Assembly (NCBI GenBank): GCA_965372395.1
Contig: CBDVCB010000002.1
Location: 975 to 64,974 of the forward strand
From: an uncultured bacterium
Lineage (GTDB): Bacteria; Verrucomicrobiota; Kiritimatiellia; Kiritimatiellales; Pontiellaceae
DNA: 64,000 bases
Direction: 5' to 3'
Shown here: piece by piece, positions 1 through 7,418 of the stretch
Position numbering within the stretch: the first letter of the stretch is position 1
Layout of the letters: every line of letters begins with the position of its first letter
Made by a program: the position numbers and the translations under genes
The notes under the pieces: generated by a model
Told to the model about the DNA's origin: nothing
Databases searched by the model: none
Seen by the model: the letters and a program-made list of their open reading frames with translations, nothing else

Positions 1-1
1 A

Positions 2-3000
2 CGCGTTGTCTGTGGGATTTGAAACGAGTTCGGCAATCTGCGGTGCTTCGCTGTCGATCGACACTGCGTAGCGACGGCCTCGCTCGTTGTTGAGGGCGAG
101 GGCCGGGAGAAAAGAGGCCTTGATCAAGTGGGTTCCGGCGGTTCGCAAATGGAAGGAATATTCCAGCACCGGGGCATCGGCAAGGATTTCCGCAGGGGTC
201 GATAGACTGGGCGCGGTCGTAGGCGAAACAACCATCACCCCGGAACCGTTGCCCATTCCTGGCACGGATTGCCAGGTTGCATCGGTGCCGGGTATGGAGG
301 AGGAAACGTGCTCGGCCTCGACAACAACCACTCCGTTTTCCTCGATAAAGTCGGCGGCGGGCGGGGTGGCCGGATTCCACACCGCGATCAAAACATCGAT
401 CGTGTTTGTGCCTTGGTGGAAACGAATGGTCGATTGAAGATTTTCGCCGACAGGCAATTGCGACCAATCGATGGAGATGTCGAGCCGCTGTTCACCCGCA
501 AGCTCGCCGGAACTTTCGGAAAGAACAACCCACGGGTCGTCGACCGTGGTGCTCCAGGCGAGCGGGGCTACTTCGGTGTTGATGAGATCAACGAAAAAGC
601 TACGGCGCGTGATGCTATTGAATTCGGGAAGCTGGAAATCAACAAAGCGGTCATCCTCGCCTATTTCTTCTACGGACGCGGTGGTTGTTGGAACCATGCG
701 GATGGCGGCCATGGCCGCCCCGTCCTCGCGCTCGTGCACGACTAGCGTATGCGCGCCAACACCAAGAGCCCGGGTGTCCCATGTCGCCCATTCCCAGCCG
801 ACGGGATTGCCAAGTCCGAGGTCGTTCCATTTCTGCGGCGTGCTGCCATCTAGTTCAATCCACCATGAGTCGTCCTCGGGATTGGGTGTGCGAACTTCGA
901 ATTGAAACTCATAGGTGTCGGCCACCGAGTTCGTGAAAGAATAGGTTGCCCGCCCTCCGGCTCCGGCCAAGACATACCCGCCGGTTCCGGGTGTCCAGGT
1001 GCAGCGCCGTCCGTCGAGGGTGGCTTCCTGCATCGGTGCCGCAAGCGTGGCATCATCAACGGCATGCAGCAGGATCAAAGCCCCTGTGGCACCCGAATTA
1101 TCGGTGGTGAAAACAGGTGTCAACCGCCCTTCAATGGCTACCCCCAGCCCGACCGATTGCGGGCCGGGATCAGCCGGTTGGTCTGGCAGATTGAAAACCG
1201 AAAGACGTCGCGGCCGCCAGTCCATCATCTCGTTCCACTTTCCCGAGGCGACTGCGGTGTTGTAGTGGACGGTTTCGCTGCCGATCTCGTTGTAGGCGCT
1301 GGTGGCGACCGCGGAATCAGCCGCCACGCTTTTGCGCTTTTGCGCCACGCCTCGGTAGGCGAGCGAAGTGTGCAGGAACTTGCGGTTCATGGCGTCGGAG
1401 CCGCGAACGGGATAGACGACCAGTTGATAGAATGCATCAAGGAGGGTTGCGGGAAGCGCGGCATAGATGGCATCGGCTCGTTGCCTCAACTCGGAAAATT
1501 CCTCGAGCCGCTGCGCCACTTCGTCGCCGGCATGGACATGGCTGAAAAGGGGATATTTTTTACCGCTATGGGGTAACGGATAGCCGGGATCGTCATCTTT
1601 CCAGTCCATGTGTTCGGGGCGCCGACGGTGGTTCAGCAGGAAATAGTCGTTCATCACCGAAGCAATGGCACCCGCCCTATTGGCGCCGAATTCGCGGGTG
1701 GCCCACTCGATAAGCCATTCCATTTGGCTATTCGGGCCATGGTCGTCGACATTCCAAGCCAGACGCAGGGCGAACTCCATCGGAATCTCGCAGGGCTTGA
1801 TATCCCCGATATTGAACACCCATAGCCTTCGGCAATTATTGTCGTAGGCCTTGGTCATTTCCTCCCATATGAGCGCAGGCGGGGTAGTGGATAGCCAAAG
1901 GTAGTCTTGAGGCGAACCCCAATAGGAAAGGTGATAGTAGACCCCACCGCCACCGGAGCGTAGTTGTTCCGCATTGTTGGAGAGACGGCGAATATAACCA
2001 TGGTTGTCGTCGGGCCAAACCAGCGTGACATCGTCCGGGACGTTGACCAAACCGGAATCGTAGATATCGAGCACCTCTTTATAGGGAACAAAAGTCTGCG
2101 GGACTTGATCCGGACTTGGGTTGACGCGGTTGGCCAGAATCTCGCGCTGGTCGGTGAAGATGGTGTTGAGCCAGGCGGCCTTCTCGGCGGTGGTCGAGCC
2201 CTCGACCATGCCGGAATCATGGATGCCGCGCTTGCCAACGGTATAGACGCTATCATACGCCCCGTTCTCCTGGGCACGGGTATCCCAGTAGTCGTAGACC
2301 GCAGACTTGTTGTTCGCATAGTTCCAATCCGTTGAATAACCATTGGCAGAGCAAAAATCGTCCCATTCATCGACATTGTTGCGGAGCATCGGTTCGGCAT
2401 GGGAGGAGCCCATCACGATGGCATAATCGTCGGCCACCTCCTTGTTTTGGTCGTAGTAGTTGAAAGCCTTCGTACTAGGATGCATCCCCGGCCAGCAGTA
2501 ATTGGCGCGGAGACGGAGCAACAGCTCGAAGATCTTGGCATAGGATTTCGGTCCAAGATCCTTAACTTCATCCGGCCCGGACTCATAGTTTTTCTCGGCC
2601 CATTCCTGCAAGCCCCAGTCTTCGTCGTTGATGAAGATTCCCCGGTAGCGCACACTCGGCGGAACGGAGTTGAGCGGGAGGCCTCCAAGATGGATCGCTT
2701 CCAGGGAGGGTGGCGGAACGTCGGCCCACCAAATCCAAGGGGAAACGCCGATCGCCTCGCTAACGGCACCGAGTCCGTAGGCGGTTCCGCGCCGGTCGCT
2801 ACCCGCAATCACCAAGGCCTCCGTAATTCCTGAGATTCCCGGATCCGGGATGCGGATCATGCAATAGCTTTCCCATTGGCCTTGAATGCCGGATACATCG
2901 ATCTTGCCCGATGCAATAAGCCCGTCGATAAACGAGCTTCCGCCGATCGTGCCGGCCAATACAACGCGCCCCACGTATCCGGCGGTCGTGGTGTCCACGT

Positions 3001-3304
3001 CAGGTCGCACCCCGCCCACCCGCTCAAGATCGTCGGCCAACAAGTTTGCAGCAATTTCAACCACCTTGGCATCGGCGGCATCATAGAGGATTGGAACGGC
3101 AACATTTTCCGAGAAAACCGGAAAACTGCCCGAGGATGCGGCCTCGAGAGCCGAGGGAAGCGAACGGGGATTAGTCGCCGCAACGCCCTGCACACACGCC
3201 AGACACAAGCACGCAATCCCCACCGGATACGTTCCCCTGCGATGGAAAACCACCTTGGCGCTGATTAACTTAAAAAGGTTTTCCGCTATTGTGTATGCAT
3301 TCAT
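2..3304 (-). CDS. Glycoside hydrolase family 115 (alpha-glucuronidase-like), secreted, runs off the left edge (partial, >=1101 aa)
   Basis: Not in the ORF track because no stop lies in the window. Manual translation from ATG 3304 gives a hydrophobic signal region, then PSVRYRGIFINDEDWGLQEWA...GPKSYAKIFELLLRLRANYCWPGMH and MGSSHAEPMLRNN (GH115 hallmarks), and a GH115 C-domain-like RYAVSIDSEAPQI near position 60. Confidence 0.88.
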   Translation of the reverse strand, partial: MNAYTIAENLFKLISAKVVFHRRGTYPVGIACLCLACVQGVAATNPRSLPSALEAASSGSFPVFSENVAVPILYDAADAKVVEIAANLLADDLERVGGVRPDVDTTTAGYVGRVVLAGTIGGSSFIDGLIASGKIDVSGIQGQWESYCMIRIPDPGISGITEALVIAGSDRRGTAYGLGAVSEAIGVSPWIWWADVPPPSLEAIHLGGLPLNSVPPSVRYRGIFINDEDWGLQEWAEKNYESGPDEVKDLGPKSYAKIFELLLRLRANYCWPGMHPSTKAFNYYDQNKEVADDYAIVMGSSHAEPMLRNNVDEWDDFCSANGYSTDWNYANNKSAVYDYWDTRAQENGAYDSVYTVGKRGIHDSGMVEGSTTAEKAAWLNTIFTDQREILANRVNPSPDQVPQTFVPYKEVLDIYDSGLVNVPDDVTLVWPDDNHGYIRRLSNNAEQLRSGGGGVYYHLSYWGSPQDYLWLSTTPPALIWEEMTKAYDNNCRRLWVFNIGDIKPCEIPMEFALRLAWNVDDHGPNSQMEWLIEWATREFGANRAGAIASVMNDYFLLNHRRRPEHMDWKDDDPGYPLPHSGKKYPLFSHVHAGDEVAQRLEEFSELRQRADAIYAALPATLLDAFYQLVVYPVRGSDAMNRKFLHTSLAYRGVAQKRKSVAADSAVATSAYNEIGSETVHYNTAVASGKWNEMMDWRPRRLSVFNLPDQPADPGPQSVGLGVAIEGRLTPVFTTDNSGATGALILLHAVDDATLAAPMQEATLDGRRCTWTPGTGGYVLAGAGGRATYSFTNSVADTYEFQFEVRTPNPEDDSWWIELDGSTPQKWNDLGLGNPVGWEWATWDTRALGVGAHTLVVHEREDGAAMAAIRMVPTTTASVEEIGEDDRFVDFQLPEFNSITRRSFFVDLINTEVAPLAWSTTVDDPWVVLSESSGELAGEQRLDISIDWSQLPVGENLQSTIRFHQGTNTIDVLIAVWNPATPPAADFIEENGVVVVEAEHVSSSIPGTDATWQSVPGMGNGSGVMVVSPTTAPSLSTPAEILADAPVLEYSFHLRTAGTHLIKASFLPALALNNERGRRYAVSIDSEAPQIAELVSNPTDNA

Positions 3305-3649
3305 TGCTTGTCGTTCCTTTTTTGGATCACTCCCTTTAATACGCCTACCCAAACTTTCAACCACTGATCGGCAAGTTTAAGGGAGAACCTGCGGTTCCTT
3401 GTTTCGTGTTCTGGCGGCCAGCGAGCGGCCTGTTTCTGATGCCGTCGCGGAGCGCCGCCCGTCCCCGAAGAGCGCAGCGACGGCATCACTTGCTGCATGG
3501 TGCAGGCTACGGCCATCGGCATAGTCTCCGGGACGAACCTCCTCGTACCCGGCCATCCATGCCAATCCGAATATCTTCGCCAATATACCGAAAAACAGAA
3601 GCCGCTGAAGGATTGCAGGCGGCAATTTTCATGGGTTGGCGCTATCCTA

Positions 3650-4912
3650 TCACTGGACTCTTGCGCGATAGAAGCGCTTGCTTTCTCCCGATATATCGAT
3701 GTCGATGTTCAAGGGGGAACCAGAACCCGTATGGGTGGAGTACAGCGTCCAACCACTGGTTGTCAAGTCGTCGCGGTAGTCGATGTGGTACTCCCGCCCA
3801 GCCTCGCCCGGCAGGGTAATCGTCATTGTGGTTCCGTCAATAGATATGCCAATATCGAACGAGACCGAGGCCGAGGCCTGTGCGCTATAAGCGCTTTCAG
3901 CGCCCTCGTCGTTGACGGCGGTCACCACGTAATGGAAGGTGGCGGTTGGCAGGTCAAGATCGCTATAGGCATTTGTGGTCAGGTCAGCGGAAAGCTCCAC
4001 ATAGGGCCCTCCATCGGTTGTGCTGCGATAAAGGACGTACGAAGCAAAATTTGTATCCGAAGTATTTGCATCCCAGCTCAGATCAATCTGTGAGCCAACG
4101 GCAGTAGCGGCAAGATTAACGGGCACCGCAGGCGGAAGGGCGCCCGAACCAATAATAAGGGTTCCACCGCTATTGTTAAAGTTTGTACCCAGAGCGTCGA
4201 GGGATGCACCCGTATAGGTGCCTCCGGCGATTGCAATGCCGTCAACCGTCAACTTTCCAACCTCAAAGCTAAGTGTTTGATCCACATTCAGATGCGAGGC
4301 TGCAGTGAGAGCCAGCCCACCCGCAAAGATGTGATCCTCTCCAAAATCAAGTCCCATACCCTCGTTGACCGTGATGTCACCCGTATAGCTACCGACAGAT
4401 CCGAAGGAAATAATTTGAGTCGAGCTAGCAATGCCTTCACAGTCAATGAGCAGATTCCCCACGCCTGTAAGAATGGCATCAATCGTCAATGTTTTTCCAT
4501 TGGTGGGCTGATCCACCCACGCACCCTTCGCCGTGATGTTAAACTCCGTGGCAGAAAGAGTCGCACTGGAGGTAACTCCGAGGGATAAGCGACCCCCATC
4601 CATGATGAAGTTGCCGTTAATTGTGGCGGTGGTGCCTTCGGCATTCTTCATAAGCGCCCTTGTATTGGTAACAACCGTCAAGCTGTCACCACCAAAAGTG
4701 GAGCTGCTTCCATCCGCCGAGAGACGTAACAGATCGTTGCCAACTGTAGCGGTAACATAGTCGTTGCTCGCTGTGGGGGCAGCGGCTGGAGTGCCCCACA
4801 TGGCGGCATTCCAATCTACATTGCCCACCGTTTGAGTAATGGTTGCTGCGTTAGCCTGAATCGATACGCCTAGTACAGCCAAAGAAAGCCAAGCCAGTGT
4901 TCTTTTTTTCAT
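3650..4912 (-). CDS. Secreted protein with a beta-rich passenger-like N region, a fibronectin type III domain and a C-terminal ...RFYRARVQ module
   Basis: Signal peptide MKKRTLAWLSLAVLGVSIQANA; FN3 pattern PVNLAAT...IDLSWDAN...YVLYRS...YHYVVTAVN..G.ES..S; C-terminal GREYHIDYRDDLTTSGW...RFYR. Confidence 0.75.
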   Translation of the reverse strand: MKKRTLAWLSLAVLGVSIQANAATITQTVGNVDWNAAMWGTPAAAPTASNDYVTATVGNDLLRLSADGSSSTFGGDSLTVVTNTRALMKNAEGTTATINGNFIMDGGRLSLGVTSSATLSATEFNITAKGAWVDQPTNGKTLTIDAILTGVGNLLIDCEGIASSTQIISFGSVGSYTGDITVNEGMGLDFGEDHIFAGGLALTAASHLNVDQTLSFEVGKLTVDGIAIAGGTYTGASLDALGTNFNNSGGTLIIGSGALPPAVPVNLAATAVGSQIDLSWDANTSDTNFASYVLYRSTTDGGPYVELSADLTTNAYSDLDLPTATFHYVVTAVNDEGAESAYSAQASASVSFDIGISIDGTTMTITLPGEAGREYHIDYRDDLTTSGWTLYSTHTGSGSPLNIDIDISGESKRFYRARVQ

Positions 4913-5147
4913 ATCGTTTATTCTCCCTTTCCGATTCCGATTGACTCGAGTTTATTTGCACCGTGCAACATACCCAGCCATCCGTAAGAGCAGGGTAGGC
5001 GCTAAACAATCCGGAGTCAAAAAGAACAGGCATTGCCACTGTATCGTTAAAAGGAACTGTTTGGCGAATAGGGTCTTGGATGCATGCCGGATCGAATTTT
5101 GCGAGGTCCGATCGGGTTTTCCCATCCCGGGAAACCGAGGTTCTTAC

Positions 5148-6218
5148 TTAGGATCTTGGAGCTGCCAAACTGTTTCCAGGCACCCAATCGGGAACGAAAC
5201 ATATTTGCTGCTTGCGGGTCTGGAGGCCGTTCATTTGTTCCTGCAAGGCGTGAAAAGCCTGCGTTATCATCTCGTTGGAAAACAGGGTGAAGTGGGCAAG
5301 AGAGGGAACAATGTCTTCCTGCAAGGGGTTTTCCGAAAGAATAATAACGGAAATATCGCGAGGGATATGCAACCCTTTCTCTAGGAAAAAGGAGGACGCA
5401 ACCAGATAATGTCTCAAATCATATAGGATGAGGCAGCTCGGAGGCGTATAGCGAAAGAGTTCGTGAAGCGCAGCAAAATAGTCTTCCGGGGTTTCGCCAC
5501 GGAAGGAGGGGAGATTGTAGCTTCTGGAGAAGGGTAGTTCCTTTTCGTTGGAATATTTTTCCAGCTTCATCGCGACATCTTCATGCAAACTCTCTTTCAC
5601 ATTCCAAGAAGGGGACGAGATGCGACGGTGGCCCGCCTCCCATGCGCGTTGGAAGGATTGCAGGAGAAGGCTGGAAAAAAGACCATTGGAAAAGCAGGGA
5701 AAGGAACGGTAATTGCTCATAATTCCGACAATGAGAATGCCTAGCGAGGCCACAGCCTTCGCAGTTTCGTGTGAAGCCAAATGGAGAATAAGTCCCTGAG
5801 GTTGAAGCGCAGTCAACAGATCCTTCATCCCGGTAGGACTGGCAGGAGCCTCGACATAGCTCAGAAAAAAATTGTTTATCTCACAAACCCTGCGAATAGC
5901 CTCATAGATGCTCCGCGTTATATAGGCAGGCCTCTTCTGGGACGTAATGAAAAGAACACGGCTGGCTTCCCTGCTTTTCAGCGAAGCAATCCTGTGGAGT
6001 TTGGAAAGATTGACTTGGCGCTTCCTACCCTGCTGGGCCGGAGAGAGAATATCCTGTTCTTCTAGATAAAGGAGTGCACGCCCGATGGTAAACAAACTCA
6101 CCTTGTACCGCTTTCCCAACGCCCGCATGCCGGGCAAAACCATGCTTGAATCGTACATTAAATCGTCGATTAAACAGTGGGCAACGTACTGCCAACGAAA
6201 TTGGGAACCAAGAGCCAT
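5148..6218 (-). CDS. Transcriptional regulator, GntR-type winged HTH fused to a LacI-like periplasmic-binding-fold domain
   Basis: N-terminal LPGMRALGKRYKVSLFTIGRALLYLEEQDIL; C-terminal GLHIPRDISVIIL...PSLAHF. Start uncertain. Confidence 0.7.
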   Translation of the reverse strand: MALGSQFRWQYVAHCLIDDLMYDSSMVLPGMRALGKRYKVSLFTIGRALLYLEEQDILSPAQQGRKRQVNLSKLHRIASLKSREASRVLFITSQKRPAYITRSIYEAIRRVCEINNFFLSYVEAPASPTGMKDLLTALQPQGLILHLASHETAKAVASLGILIVGIMSNYRSFPCFSNGLFSSLLLQSFQRAWEAGHRRISSPSWNVKESLHEDVAMKLEKYSNEKELPFSRSYNLPSFRGETPEDYFAALHELFRYTPPSCLILYDLRHYLVASSFFLEKGLHIPRDISVIILSENPLQEDIVPSLAHFTLFSNEMITQAFHALQEQMNGLQTRKQQICFVPDWVPGNSLAAPRS

Positions 6219-6383
6219 AACCCCACCTTCACCTACCTATCCAACCACCCGTTGAATGAGTTGCTTTCAACACCGTGCCTAACCAACGCCACCACTCAAT
6301 ATGTCATCTCGATCTCGAGGAGCTGTTGATTTATTGCTTTTATCGACTAAGCTTGATAGGGGTGTCAAGGAAATCAACCAAAG

Positions 6384-6847
6384 TGTCGTGTTGCATTTAA
6401 AGCTTCCGAAGGCGTGCGTTGAAATTTCCGTGACGACCTATCTTTTCTTTCTCGCCGGCGAGTTCTCGTATCGCATCGGCACGATGGGCTTGCCTCCTTC
6501 CCCGGGCGGTTTGAGGCGTTTTCAACTCGCGGTGGATTTCGTGTTCGTTGTGGTGCGCACGCAGTTGATCCAGATGTTCGTTGGCTACGTCGATGTCGCG
6601 GATTGATTCGGACAGGTAGTAGCTCGGCAAGCGGTTCTGCCAGTCGGACTCCTTGCCTTCCCCGCAGGCTTGCAGGTAGCTCGATTGCAATTGCCGGAAT
6701 CGCCTTTCGGTGATGCCCAGCTCAGCCGCTCCCGTTTTCGCCGTGATTTTCCCGTCGAGGAACTCCGCCATCAAGTGCCGAACGAATCCAGCACCTTGGC
6801 GCCTACCGAGTTGTTGATAAGTTTTTTTTCATGATCGCACCACGACA
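6384..6847 (-). mobile_element. Internally deleted, non-autonomous IS481/IS1202(ISNCY)-like element, 464 bp
   Basis: Terminal inverted repeats TGTCGTGTTGC (6384-6394) and GCACCACGACA (6837-6847), 10/11 match with TGT...ACA ends. The transposase-like frame starts at 6832, just inside the right IR, and stops at 6397, just inside the left IR. Confidence 0.65.
6397..6832 (-). pseudogene. Transposase remnant: N-terminal HTH fused directly to the C-terminal end of the integrase core; frameshift in an A8 run after the ATG
   Basis: HTH GKITAKTGAAELGITERRFRQL..Y joined to WQNRLP...IRDIDVANEHLDQLRAHHNEHEIHREL; no DDE core. ATG 6832 is followed by A8 (T run 6822-6829); A7 would restore the frame. Confidence 0.6.
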
Positions 6848-6858
6848 GCGGCTCTTTT

Positions 6859-7284
6859 CTACAACACAATAATCCGATAGCCGCGTTCGATCCACTTGAC
6901 GAGGCTCGGATGGCCTTCATAGTCGCCGACCAACAACTTCTTTTGCTGTTCCGGGAGGTCGTCCTTCACACCGAAGGATTTCGCGCAGTAGTCGCAGATT
7001 TCCTCCACCATGCCCAATTCCTTGATTTTTACGTAGTGCTTGTGGAGCGGATTCTCCGGCTTGCGCAGTTCGTTCGCCCAGCCCGTTCCGGCACCATCGT
7101 AGATCAACACGACCTCGTATCCCTTTTCCGCCAGCTCCGTGGCATAGAGCAGCGCGTGAACCGCGCGCGCCTTGCCCTCGTTCGTTTCGTTGCCCGCCTG
7201 AAGAACAACGGCATACTTGCCCTTCGGTTCGGCAGCCAGCGAGATCCCCGCAACCATCAATGCAACCAACAACATTTTTTTCAT
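6859..7284 (-). CDS. DsrE/DsrF-like family protein with signal peptide
   Basis: HALLYATEL.EKG.EV.LIYDGAG and ICDYCAKSFG motifs; N-terminal MKKMLLVALMVAGISLA. Confidence 0.75.
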   Translation of the reverse strand: MKKMLLVALMVAGISLAAEPKGKYAVVLQAGNETNEGKARAVHALLYATELAEKGYEVVLIYDGAGTGWANELRKPENPLHKHYVKIKELGMVEEICDYCAKSFGVKDDLPEQQKKLLVGDYEGHPSLVKWIERGYRIIVL

Positions 7285-7418
7285 GGCTAACTCCTCCCAG
7301 TGAATTGGGAATTAAATACAGGATTTCCCAGACATTGGAAAGCAGAGCCTGTAGCATTCGCGACTCACAGTTGAATAGCAATAGGCAGTACATAATACGC
7401 AACGCAAAGGAATCCACT

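Noticed and set aside
3301-3625. Short ORFs (3377-3625, 3301-3522) between the FN3 gene and GH115 as transposase remnants
   Set aside because: No convincing motif or terminal repeats; left uncalled.
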